Positions 25,101-37,899 of a stretch of DNA of 64,000 nt are shown here, one piece after another; position 1 is the stretch's first letter; each line of letters begins with the position of its first letter. Below the pieces are notes generated by a model. It was not told where the DNA came from and ran no database searches. It worked only from the letters and a program-made list of their open reading frames with translations. The position numbers and the translations under genes were made by a program. Origin of the DNA: Camelus dromedarius (taxonomy: Eukaryota); the NCBI RefSeq assembly GCF_036321535.1, contig NC_087436.1, forward strand, positions 9,176,001 through 9,240,000. Reading direction: 5' to 3'.

Positions 25101-26745
25101 TGAATATAGTGGTTATATATGTTACTATTTTTAAAGTAAGTTACAAAGTTAAAATATATGTTTATGTTTCAATATAACAAATAACAAAATAAAGCTGAAA
25201 AATTTAAAAGCCATAATTCTGTTTGAAATTCAACAGTCTGAGTATTTAGACCAATATAATTAGTTTTAAAGAGAAAATTTCAAAATGTACAGAAGAAAAG
25301 AATAATTCTATAAACAATTAAGAGACACTGGCATAAGCTTTCATATATCCTACTTTGCTTTTCTACCTGCTTAGTCCTTAAAAATGTGCATCACTAATTT
25401 ATGTACAATAACACGACTGACAGGAATCCTACAAAGCACATCTGCTCAGGGTAAAACATGAGGACAGCTAAAGAGGATTTACATTTGACCTCCAGTGTTT
25501 GCAGTAATATCCATTTCTCGTAACAATCACTCCTATGTAGGGCTGGGCTATAAATAAAATAAAAAGACCTCTACCCAAAGGAATTATTTTAAATACGAAA
25601 CTCTAAATCTAAAGTTCATCCTTGTGTGATACAACTGGAGTAAGCATTTTCATGATAATTAAAAATATACAAATATTTAAACTTAACTTAGTGTACTTTT
25701 TTAGTTGCTGAAAAATATAGCCCTAGTCAGCTGAATGGTATTTATTGTCTGAAATAGCTTATATTTTACCCAGTCCTGTTAGTAAAGGACATCTAGTTGA
25801 AACCTGAACTCTTCTGAGTGTAAAGGAACCTCCCCCCATGTCTTCCTAGCCATCAATTACACTTAATCTAATGTCACTAAATGACATAAATGAAAGGACG
25901 CAACATTTACCAGGCAAACCATCGTGCCTATCAATAAAGTCATGGGTAGTCATAGAAATGCACAGAGCACCAGCTAACTTCTATCATTTAATAATTGTTC
26001 ACTATGGGAAGTACTGTTCAGGGGTTTTCTGCACTGAATTCTGTCTCCAGACACATTCAAAACGCACTGCCAATTGACAAAAGGAACATAGCTTCAAAAG
26101 AAAATCGCCTAAGTAGAGAAAAGCTCTGTTAAGCATGCAAGAGGTTAAACATTGCTGAAATAGCGAGACATTTTCTCAGCCCACGCTTCCCAGTTCCATT
26201 CAATTACCAACAGCAGTAGCGACTATAATACAAGGTAATATTGTGTTATTAAATCAGAGTTTCCCATTTACATCCACCTCTAACCTGAGGGGGTGAGGAG
26301 GGGATGACAGTCACAAGTCAGTAGCAGAACAAACAGCCCCCAACTTGGAAATACACATGACCTTGGGGTATAGAATTCTCAGAGACTGAGTTTCACAAGT
26401 TCTATTTGGATCTACTGCATAACAACACATCTAAATGAACCCAGCATGGTATAAATGCTCCTAGCCCTACCACCTCCCCTCCAAAATAATGTTAAGGAAG
26501 ATTTGCACTTTGCAGCCTATGATTTAGATACCAGAACTAATACCGATTATCAGAGATTAGTCCACTCACATATTTTTTTAATGTTGCATTTGTTTTAAAC
26601 AACTTGTTGGTTGATTTATTTAATATAATTTACCAACATATTTGAGGACTTGCCTGGAATGGTTCCTGTTCTTTGAGCCGTGCTAGAAGTGTTGCTCTAC
26701 AAAATTTATATTTATAAGCAAGATGTAACATGATGACATAAACTT

Positions 26746-26781
26746 CACATACACACACATACACACACACACACACACACA
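26746..26781. repeat. (AC)n microsatellite
   Basis: Directly visible, about 230 bp beyond the putative exon-1 donor. Confidence 0.95.
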
Positions 26782-27011
26782 AAACAAAGCCCTCAACTTC
26801 CCCTCTAGAATTCAGTGAATAATCACCAACAGACATTCTCATAATAGTAATGAGAACAGTCATTATTAAAATAATTGTTGCAATCATTGCCAACTGTCCC
26901 ATTTCAAATTATAAAAATAATCATAACTTGCTCTTAAATTTTTGTATGGCAGTCTGTATTGCTCCCCCATCTGTGAAAAATGTATATATATAATAACATT
27001 CTTTTTCTTAC

Positions 27012-27406
27012 CTTATTTCAACAGTCAAAAAAGTCTCCCGGAAAGAATCTTAAACGGTGTGGGTATGTAAATCACAGTAATAATAATAATAATTTTTAAA
27101 AATTAAAAAAACCAAAAGATGGTCTTTGCTGGGAAAAGGTGGAAATAGTTTGGTCTAAAACTATAGAAATCCCCGAAGTCACGCCTGAATGGGCGCCCAG
27201 GTGGCAAACAGAGGACTCTCTCCCACGTCCGATACCACACTCCTTTATCAAGTTGATAGGGTCCAGCTGGTGACGAGGGTCCCGCAGGGCGCAGAAGGTG
27301 GAAGAGGGCGTTGCCTCGAGGTGCGGGAGGAGCCGGTCCCGGGTTCAGCACCGAGAGCGCAGTGGACAGCACCCGCTGCTCGCACCTCCGGTTAGTCTCA
27401 GTCACT
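27012..27406 (-). other. Putative non-coding first exon of an unidentified minus-strand transcript
   Basis: Inr-like TTCAGT with A at 27406, downstream of GC boxes and a CRE-like site. Strong donor AAG|GTAAGA at 27012/27011. The start position is inferred. Confidence 0.45.
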
Positions 27407-27960
27407 GAACCAGGCTGATTCTCGCGCCTCCTCCCCGAGCAGGGGCGGCTGCCACTCAACCCGGGCTCGCCCCGCCCCGCTGCCTGACGTAACGATTTTG
27501 CATACGGCTCCCCCCGGGAGGCGCGGGCCGCCCCCTGGACGGGGCTCCTGCCGGGGTCGGCTGGGGCCGCGCAGGCGGCCGAGTCCGGGCTTAGGGTCGG
27601 CGTGGGCGTCGCTGGACGTCACGATCCATCACCGCCCGCCCTGAGGAAGCTGAACGGAGCTTCGCTTTCGCTGGGACGCCGCTCTGTGCGTTCCGGAGAC
27701 CTCAGCTGGCCGCTCCCGCAGGGAGACGCGCGGAGGGGCCCGCGGGGCACAGAGGGCAGGCTGGGGGCCGGTGGAGCGGGACAGGGATGGGGGACAGGAG
27801 GAGTCCTTGCAACCACTCCAAGAAAAACAAACCAAAAGATCTGTCTGATCTTCCTGGCCAAACTTCCCTCCTTCTCCCGGCCATTTGTTTACTGGAAAGG
27901 ATGTGTTTTGATGTTCCGTTCCCTTTCCGCGGTTCACGGAGCTGCTAGAGGGAGTCGCTG
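27170..27960. promoter_or_regulatory. CpG island, probable TATA-less promoter
   Basis: Sharp GC/CpG-rich block in AT-rich DNA. GC boxes near 27442 and 27468-27479, TGACGTAA at 27485-27492, octamer-like TTTTGCAT at 27496-27503, GACGTCA at 27615-27621. Confidence 0.88.
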
Positions 27961-27985
27961 CAGCAGAAACTTGTTCTGGAGGGGG

Positions 27986-28005
27986 AAAAAAAAAAAAAAA
28001 AAAAA
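27986..28005. repeat. poly(A)20 tract at CpG island edge
   Basis: Directly visible homopolymer. Confidence 0.95.
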
Positions 28006-29988
28006 GCTTTGAGCACTGGGAGAAAATGTGAAAGCTTGCAATACTTATCTTTCGTAAACACAATGAATGTTTTTTCTTTCTTTCTTTTTTATGAGTGCTG
28101 CATAGCACGTATCAGACTTCGTGTGTTCCCATAAAATCTGCAGAATCCTCCCTCTCATTCTCAGGATTAAATACGTTATTAAGTTAAATGGGTTTGGAGA
28201 TTCCAGGGTTAAATACATAATTAAATTAAAGAAAAAAAAAGAGTGAGAGTTTTCAAATCCAACTTCCACTGCCAACATTCTGAAGGTTATGCCGTATTCA
28301 TTATGTCCAATATATCAATTTTTTTATGAAAGATGGGGTATGCTGGAAGCATTTCAGAACCTTTAGCAATTCTCTTGTGTATGTGATGTTTCTTGTCCCC
28401 ATGAGGCTCTATCTAAGGTTCTTGATGGCAAGAGAAAGGGGGCTGCGATGCCAGATTCCTGACTGCTTAAACTTGTAAACACTTCCAGTGAACTGAAATG
28501 ATCAATCATCCTACAGGGTCATTATTCACAGTCTATCCACATTTCCCCCCAACAGCTATTAGCCATCAGGATATAGTTGTACAAAGACATGGCAAGTCCA
28601 GCCTAAACCATCTTAAGTTTGATACATTATTTTTCATGAAAACGTTGTTTATTCAAGAAATCTCATAGCATTCAACACGTTGTTTACAATCAAAATGCAC
28701 ACATCCTGATACATGTCGTCATAGTCCTGAAGTTTAAAATAATTTTGGGTTGAGTTTACTCATGAGTGTTTTCAGGGACTCTGGTGAAATGAATTCACTT
28801 GTTTATAATCCTATCTGGAAAAATAATTCATAAATTTGATTTTTCTGCCATGTTTCAGAAATTATTTGAAGAAGCATACTTATTTTGTGCACATATATAT
28901 CCAATGCCTTCTTAGTAGTTACTTACACAAGAGCAAAATTGAAGGCAAAAATACAGTATTTTTGCTTCTGAGGGCTTTCTTTTTACTAATTTGCATCCAC
29001 ATGAACCTTTCTTTTCAGTTTTATTCCCAAATATGTCAGTTTCTTTCCCAGTTTCCTAGGAATATCCCTCTGACACATCTAGACCACAATGCTTGCATTC
29101 CAGGTAATCTGCAATGTTCAATCTCCCTCTGACAACTCTTGATTTTATGTAAATATATAAATGACATGTCATGCCTTTCTGCACTGCTTACTAAATCTTC
29201 ACATACACACACACACACATATTCTAAAAGTCCCTCAATACCAAAGTGCTTTTAATAATGGTTTCTGACATCAGAGGAGGGCGTGAACAACAACATGTGG
29301 GAGCAGATGGTCATTCCACAATTGCAATTACAACAGAGCCAGCAGAATAGTCTTGTTTTTAGGCTGATCAAAGCACATGTGTTTTGTTTCTTTGGAAATG
29401 TCACATGACATATTTTGGTCTGCTTCATACCAACCTGCCAAAATGTCAGAGAAGACCGAAAAGTTCACTATAGAAATATAGAGAGTGCATTATAAAAATT
29501 CTTACATGATTCCACCAAAGCCTGTGGTCATGTTGTTTAATAGACACTATCTCTCACTTCACTCCAGTGATCATACTGTCGGGGGTTATGAATTCAATTA
29601 AGGCAGGCATAATATTATTCAAAAGCCTAAGGGAATGAAACTGGAAAACAAAACCGTGTCTCAAGTATGGAAAGAAAAAGCAGAATAATTTCTCATTGTC
29701 TCTAAAAGAGGGAGGACAAAAGAAAGGAGAAAAGAAAAAAGAAAAAAAGAAAACAAAATAGAACTATTTGGGCATACATGCATGCAGATGCATGCATACA
29801 GAAAAGTAATGGGAAGACAGCACCTTCCTAGGGGAGTCTAGGTTTTGTTCTCTGCTAATTGGCTATGTAACCAAAAGCAAATTATTCTCTCATCACTCTC
29901 ATCATTCGTAAAATGTGGATCTTGTACTAAGTTGTCACTAAAGTCCGTTACGTACCTGCCATCTTGTGAGTCTACATTAGAATTCAAA

Positions 29989-30116
29989 CTTATGGTGAAA
30001 AAGAGTATGGAAACGAATATACGTATGTTTATGTAGGATTGAAGTGTTGTGCTGTACACCAGAAACTGACACAGCATTGTCAACTGACTACACTTCAATA
30101 CAATTACATTAAAACA
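29989..30116 (+). mobile_element. Short L1 3' end insertion
   Basis: gctgtacaccagaaactgacacagcattgtcaactgactacacttcaata. TSD AGAATTCAAA at 29979-29988 and 30117-30126. Confidence 0.9.
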
Positions 30117-31840
30117 AGAATTCAAAAACTTTAGAAATTTTTATATTGGAATTTGATATCTTAAGAGCTTTCCCCTTAGGTGGGAAAAATTGGCATCTGT
30201 TGTTAAGACTGTGAAAATGGTACCTTAGAGTAGTTAGTTTGGGAGACGTGGAAAGGGCAGAGTGACTAGAACCAGGGATGAGTTAAGTTAAGAGGTCAGA
30301 GAGTACATTTTACCTACTCAGAATGAAACTCAAAGAGGACAGAGTGGGTCTATTAAAGTAGTCACGTATTTTTCATAAGCAATATTACAATATTCCCACA
30401 TAGTCACACATGTAATTACTGTGTAGGATATTGAAAGTAACTGCAGAACAACAGTAAGATGCCAGGCATGCAGGGAGGGACTGGATGGCTTTTTAGTCGT
30501 AAATGTCACTGGAAAGATGACTGAAATATTAAGTAAGGATACTCAAGGAAAATATTTTTAAGGCTGAATAACCAACATGTACTGACGGGTTTTAATTCAG
30601 GTAATTTACACAAACACATTAAAATGTAATAGACAGACATTATAAAGTGCGCTGTGTTTTTGTCTTGTGAGTACACATCTATACTTGTATGAAGGCTTTA
30701 CCTTTTAATCATACTGCTTTTCAGTTCTCCATTTTTGGGCTCCTGTTGCGTCATCAAATTTTACAAGCGCCTTTGCAAATGATAATTATACTAATGTATT
30801 TGTAGTCCATTAGAATTATGAACACTCTAAAGAAAATAACACTGTATGAGTTATTCATTTTTTCTTTTTGAATCAATTCTAAGAAGGTTGGCTGAAAGTT
30901 AGGAACATGCTTATTTTGAAAAGCAAAGGTTCACGACTTTGGGCTAGGTAATTTGTACTTTTAATTTGGAGGGGAGTGAAATAAGGCAAGGCCAGGAAAA
31001 ATCACCACCATAATGGCCAAACCTTCCTTCATTAAAGAGAGTGGTGAGATTACAACTAAGCACAAAACGTGTCTCTGTTAGAGACCTCGAATCTCCTGCA
31101 CTGCGGGCTTCTATACTACGGTGTTTTCTCCTGATAGGTACAGACACATGGTTTAAAAAGTGGGATGACACATTAAACAATTAGTTCTCATGAAAAACGA
31201 ATTTCTGAAATTTAATTTAAACCTTTCTTCTCCGCCTTTGGATGCAATTCCAAGTGTTAAATATGCAGTGTTTTACAATATTGTTTGAATTTGTGACACT
31301 TGAAAGTATATTTTCCTTTTCCAACTTCCTCTTTTGTTTTCCTTCCTTACTTCTTTTATTTTCTTTCTTTCCCCCTGTCTAACTCTTTTTCCTTCAGGAT
31401 CTTTCTCTCTCTCTACTGTTTATCAATTAAAAAAAAATTGTTTTTTAGTTCAATAAAACATTCTTTACTGATATGTCTTGTGTTATAGGATATTTAAATA
31501 CAAAACTGTGTTATGGATGGAATATTGATACAATGCATTTGTATCTAAATTTCTTAACTAACTCAGATTGGTGATTTTAAATGCACTTTGTGAGGAAGGT
31601 GTGAGAGGGAAAGTCTACACTGAAGAGGATTTTCAGGTGTTTTCTTTAAGATATAAACATAAGATTTAGGATACATGTAAGAATCAAAACTTCAGTACTA
31701 ATACATAAAGGTCTAGACTAAAGAACACTGTTCAGTTACACACACATTTTTTTTGACTTAAGTGGTATTTCCAATCAACCACATAATTTCATGAGATTAT
31801 ATTAGCTTATTTTTTAATATGTGAACATTGAGATTATGTT

Positions 31841-31903
<63 letters not shown>

Positions 31904-31905
31904 TT
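31841..31905. repeat. Long (TA)n microsatellite followed by a T tract
   Basis: About 27 dinucleotide units with one TG interruption, then T11. Confidence 0.97.
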
Positions 31906-34900
31906 GTCTCCACTATCATAGTGCAGGCATTGTGTTGGTTTTGGAGAAGAGATTTTTACCTGTATCATGAATAATATAAAAGTCACTTTTTTTTTTTTAC
32001 TAGTATTCACTTTAACACACAGGGAGATACATCAAGAAAGATTATTTTTATAAATTTTAATCATACACTTACCATCACAATGGCACATTTCATAAATGAT
32101 TAGAGTTTTTTTCAGAAGTAATATGCTAAAACTTTTATATGACTCTTTATCACTCAAACTTTTAGATCAATACACTTATGAACTCTAATTCCCACTGTGC
32201 AAGTGGACTTTTCAAATTCTTCAGGAACCTGGAATGTTTAATATGAATAAAAGTTACAGGTTTAAGACATTTGTTGATGTCAATCTGTATTGAGGTAATA
32301 TTACATAGAAAAAGGACAGGACCTATTTCAAGAAACACTGCTAAACTAAAAAGGCAAAACCTACAGCAGCAAACGGAACAATACAGTTGGGTTTAGGGAA
32401 TAGATTTGTTCATTATGGTCAATAATCTAAGGTTCGTTATTGTGAATAATTATCATCAATAATTTGGGATCAAAATAAAATTCTGAGTTTGAATTTAGAA
32501 TTAAATACTGACGGCCATTCAAAAGACCGCTGAAGACCACAGGAAAAGTGTGGGTCAGGGGTGCTGAGTGTGAAAAAGCCTATAAACCTAATATTTCTCT
32601 TGTGATAAACACAGATCCTTGGCCTTTTGAATTTTACCTTCTAAATTGAAGGGAAAAAATGAAACTGGTTTTTTATATAAATCATATCAAGGGAAATGAA
32701 TATTCACTGTCTCAGGTTTGTTACCTACTCCAGGGTTCAAGTTTCCAGGCACTTTCATCTTCCTCAGTTAATAGCTCCTTTACAGACATGCTCCCCCTGA
32801 CATCAAGGTGATAACACTGTGAATTTTCCCCAGAGCTGCTTTTCCTCTCTGTTTTGGCTTGGTCAACAGGATTCTGTATGACCTAGAATGAAAGTGGTGG
32901 GAATAATATTTCAGTAAGTATTGTCATCTATCAATATGTCCATGCACAGAATTCTCAGGCTGTTAAGGTTGGTGCCAAAATGGGTTGCTTTCCAAAAGGG
33001 AGTCTCAGATGAAATGATGGATTTCAAAAATATTTTTATAAGTGTAGCTCAATAAATTAAAATTTGTTTTTATATGGCCATGTGTCTATACATTTTCAAT
33101 TAGCTTCTTAGGAGGCTGACATAAGCCTAGGAGAAAATCATTTAGTTTTTGGCTTAGTTCAAAAAAAAAAAAATCTAGGAATAATTGTGTAATTTTTTAT
33201 AAACTAGAGAGAAAACAACCTAATTCTATTTTCCTAGTTTTATAGAACAAATGCATCTAAGTCATCTTGTTTTGTATGAATGAACTTTCTTGTTAAGAGA
33301 TCTAGAAGTAGGGAACTAAAATTAAAGTAACTTCCATTAATAGAGACTGATTGATGAAGACGCTGATAATAACTATGTTAAGAAAATGATAGAAATTTTA
33401 GTAAAATCAGAAAAATTCAAACGTGAGGTAATACAAATGCTTCAGGACTCAACCTGATCTTCTCTGGTTAAATTAACCTTAGAGCTGTTATTTACACACT
33501 CTATATTGGTCACATTTATTGAAATTAGAAATGATCAATTTAAGTGTATCAACTGTATCACTATTTCCATTGTAGTTTTTAAAATCTATTCTGGGAAAGT
33601 TTATTTTTTTCTTTCTTCTATTATTTTCATAATTAGTGTAGGGGAGGTAATTTGAAATCTGGTAATATTTAGAGTCTTTGGGATCTAAAAATATTTGTGC
33701 CTTTTCACAAGTGTCATTGAACTATGAAAATAAAGTACAAGAACTTACTGATGCTCAAATAGATGATTTTAATTTTTGGAGTTCCTGTGTTTAGGAGACC
33801 TCTTAGGGCATCTATTGGCCAATGTTAGTATTGCAGATGAGAATCTGAGTGCAGCAGTGTGAACTCCAGTTCTGCGTATCAAAACAATTATTTAAGTGCA
33901 TGGTAATGAAGAGATTTATGACAGAAGTGTGTAATGTTGATTGCTGGATGTAAAGTATTAAGCAAATAGATGAAAACACAATATGGCATGGCAGTTGATC
34001 TTATAAAACTTCTGTAACACTACACTTACATTTCAACATTTTCAAAATGTGTCTTAATTGTCTCAGAATCTATAAGTCACTGTTGGGTTATCAGCCATCA
34101 ATCAATATTTTAATTAAATTGTGTTTTTTTTTCTTTCAGGAGTCTCAAAATATTGTATTTTCAAATTTCAGAGAGGCACACAGAGTAACATATTTTACAT
34201 CACAGGCGTTGAGAGCAGAACGTTGAGAATACGATGTCAAGTCTATGACTGGAAGCCTCCTGTACAGAGACTGCAATGAAATGTGTAAGGAAATACACTA
34301 CTAGACGTGGAACTAATCCGTGTACTGGCCCAGATAGAGAGGTCATCCTGTCCAAACACCACAGCCACTTGCTGGACGTGAGGCTCCTCCAAGGAAACAG
34401 ATGGGAAAGGACTTGGGTCTGTCTAGCGCCTGTGTGTATATAACACATAACATTAATATGTTATCTAGTAAGTACTATGTAGATTAATAACTATAACTAA
34501 ATTATAATATGATACATTTGAGATGGATGTAAAAATATTACCAGTATATATAAAATATTACAAATAAAAATTAGGAAAATGTCACAACTACGAAGAGATG
34601 AATTGACAGAGAAGTAAAGAAGAGGTTGGTGAAGTGAGCAATTGCTACTGATTTCTCTTGTTCTTTTTGGCCTTCCCCGTGTAGAAGGTCCTTCCAGAGC
34701 ACACAGGCTAAAGCAGCTGTCCCAGTCTGTTCCCAAGAGTGGTGCTAGCGTTGTCTGGGAGGAAACAGGCTACAGGTCAAGCAATGGTGTAGATGTTACC
34801 TTTCTTACAGACTTACTCATTAATGTGGATTTCTGTTGATTAATATACAGAAATGATTGAACTTAAAAAAAACAAACACTGCCAGGAAAGAAACTTGGAA

Positions 34901-34949
34901 ACAATTCTACAGCACCGGTTAAGATCTCACAGCCTAACTTTTTTTGTAT

Positions 34950-35860
34950 TTACCAACACCACTCCCCAGCCAGCACCACCTGGCCTCCTATAACTGAGTT
35001 TGAATCTCACCCCATGGCCCCAGTGGTTGAGGGAGCCCCGCGCCCACTTTCGTCCAAAGAGCTACGGGTCCAAGTGACACGTGTCACTTCTGAGCTGAGA
35101 ACTTAGTGAGATCCTGGTGAGCTCTTTAATGTCTGAGAGACTGGCCGCTCAGTTCCCCGGACCCCTGGGGGACATGCCTGAGCCAAGAAGCTTCTGCTGA
35201 CTGTGATGGTTAATTTTGTGTCAACCTGACTGGGCTAAGGGATGCCAGGAGAGCTGGTAAAACATGACATCTGAGTGTATGTCCATGAGGGTGTTTCCAG
35301 GGGAGATGAGCATCTGAATTGGTAGACTGAGCAAAGATCGCGCTCACCAGTGGGAAGAGGCACCGTCCAATTCACTGCGGATATGAACAGATCAATAAGG
35401 CAGGGGAAGGGCAAATTCACTCTCTGTTTGAACTGGACATCTATTTTCTCCTGGCCTCAGTCATCGGCACCGTGGTACTTGGGCCTCTGAACTCAAACCA
35501 GGACTTACACCATAGCCTCTGCCCCACCCAAACCCCCATTTCTCTGGACTCCATTGAATTGCACCAGCAACCTTCCTGCTCATCCAGCTGGCAGGCATCA
35601 GGGGTTTCTTGGTCTCCGTCATTGTGTCAGCCAACTCTCATAATAAATGTCTACCTATCTATCTATCTGTCCGTCTCTCCATCTACTGTCTATCTACCTA
35701 AATCCTATAGGTGCATTTTCTCAGGAGAGCCACGCACGTCTAATGCGCTGACCACGGTGGACATGGAACATGAGCGAGAGATGAACCTTGGTTGTTTTAG
35801 GCCACTGAGATTTGAAGTTCCCTAGTCTGTTACCACAGCATAGATGGCTTCAACTAACAG
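34950..35860 (+). mobile_element. Old MLT1 (MaLR) LTR split by an MLT2 insertion
   Basis: The 3' part ggacatggaacatgagcgagagatgaaccttggttgttttaggccactgagattt...tgttaccacagcata is an MLT1 end. The 5' boundary is approximate. Confidence 0.65.
35202..35747 (+). mobile_element. ERVL solo LTR (MLT2 family)
   Basis: Starts TGTGATGGTTAATTTT-GTGTCAACCTGACTGGGCTAAGGGATGCC. AATAAA near 35642. 5-bp TSD CTGAC at 35197-35201 and 35748-35752. Confidence 0.9.
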
Positions 35861-36889
35861 ATAAATATCAGCACGGGAGTTGATTTTGCAACAATTGCGG
35901 ATGCATAAACCTCTCACAGCACATGTCAACACTGAGGAGATGTCTCCAGCTTCCTACATGAAGGACATCACTGATGGCCTCAGATAGAGCCTTACCGCAT
36001 GTATCCGAAATTAAACAAAACGAATCTCATCCTCGTAGACTGGCGCCATACGGTTCCCCTGTGCGGACCTGGGCCATGCTAAATTTTCCATCCTTCTGAC
36101 CTACAGACACGACTCTCGAGCTATTTGCTTGGCTTCTATTCTAGACTTTTTTGGTAATGACTATCTTTCGGTTAAGGATTCCATTTCCTCCTACCCACAT
36201 GTGCCCAGAATAAGAGCCAAGCCACTTCCTTGGTGATTCTTTCCAAGTGTTCCTTTAAATATCCCTTCAACACATAAAAATCAGGTTCCTACTCTGAAAC
36301 AGATATGCTGGGAGTGAGAGAGACAAAGATAGATAATGTAATCCCATAAATACAGCCCATCTAAGGCATCACGATACAATGGAATAAGTCCTGAAATAGG
36401 GTAATGTGCCTAGAATCATCCCAGTTCATTACGAGCCTTATGGCTGTTTCTACTAGGAAGTAAATTGCTGCCTTGAAGATTCATTCCGAAGCATTGGCTG
36501 GTACTTTCCATGGCCTTTGCCCCCAGGTGTAAAATTCCTGATCTCCGAATTTCAAAGTACTGTCTGGTTGTATTCTCTATCTGCATACTCCACCCACTTA
36601 GCTGAGCAGCAGATATTTAAATGCATAGTATCCTATACTATCTACCTAAAGTTGATAATGAATTACTTGTTTCTTTGAGTCTTGTGATTCACCTGAACGG
36701 CTGAATTTCAGCAATTAGCCTTCTTGCTTTGTTAAACCAATCAGCTGCTCTAGTTTTATCAAACCCTCCTGCTTCCTTCCCAGACTCGTGCCAGTCTTGT
36801 TATGATGAAACTAACTACTTAAAAAGTTTCCAAGGAATTTCGCCTTGAGTGCTAAGGAAACTTACAGGGGAGGGGAATTGGCATTACAT

Positions 36890-37100
36890 GAGAAAATACG
36901 TGGTATCAAACACTGCTAGCCTCTTCAAATGTGTTCTCTCTTTTATAACCCACAATGATACCTGAAGTCTACCACTGCTACTGACGTACAGCTGAGGGAG
37001 ATGAGAAAAGTAAACTAATCTGCTGGTTGTTACTGATCAAGTAAGTGCAATACACCAGAATTAGTTCAAGCCTAACTCAGAAAATCTTTCCACTTGACCA
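36890..37100 (-). mobile_element. MIR SINE relic
   Basis: ataacccacaatgatacctgaagt...tacagctgaggg...aaagtaaactaatctgc resembles antisense MIR. Confidence 0.5.
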
Positions 37101-37899
37101 CCAATAGTGTGTCTTCATGGCCCCTAGTATTTTCAAATTGTTTTGCTGAGGTATCACAGAAGGAGTCAGGGACAATCACTTCTATTTGGAGGAACAACAG
37201 ATTGGTTTACAGAAGAGAAAATGGGATTCCAGGCAGAGGGAAAATGTGAAAAAAGTTGGGGGTGGATGAGAGAGCTGTTTGTTTTATGGTTTCTAAAGTA
37301 ATCTGGTCCAGGAAAGCACTGGGTACATAAGGTTCATGGAAGGAAGTCCAAAGGCACAAGAAGAGTTTCTTTGAAAAGTTGTATACGATTGTTACACCAC
37401 CCCCTCCCCCCCCCCGCTTTCTCCTGTTCCTTTTCATCCTCCAAATACTGTGACCTTTAGAGCATCTGCTTCAAATATTCTTTGGAAATGACTCTGGTCA
37501 GGATCAAAGTGATCCCTTTTTCAATAAATCTTGAGGACACTTCTCCTGTCCTTAGCTCTCAGAATTGCCCACTCCTGCAGGAAGACACACTCTTCATTTG
37601 ATTTCCAAGATGGAAGCTGCACCCTCTCATTTGAAAGAAACTGCTGGATCATTTTCAGTCTACTGTCCTTGCTTTTTCTTTGCTTTTCTTCTCTTGTCCT
37701 TTTTTTCTCTCTTTTGTCTTCCTTCCTTCCTGTCTTCCTTTCTTCCTTCCTCATTCCTTCATCCTTTTGACTCCCCCTCATCTGTTGGGCTGAGGTCTTT
37801 CTCTGGGTTGAATTCTCCACCTTTCTCTCTTTTTTATTCTACATATTTTCTTGAGACTCTCCCCAACACCTTCCACAACCCTCTATATTTTGTGTCCCC

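Noticed and set aside
1..27000. Possible miRNA host gene (for example miR-30 type) downstream of the CpG island
   Set aside because: I found no known mature miRNA sequence by eye on either strand. An Rfam/miRBase search would be needed to exclude it fully.
27103..28108. Several overlapping 60-160 aa ORFs across the CpG island
   Set aside because: Expected from stop-codon scarcity in GC-rich DNA. Several use non-ATG starts, composition is Pro/Arg/Gly-rich, and no domain is recognisable.
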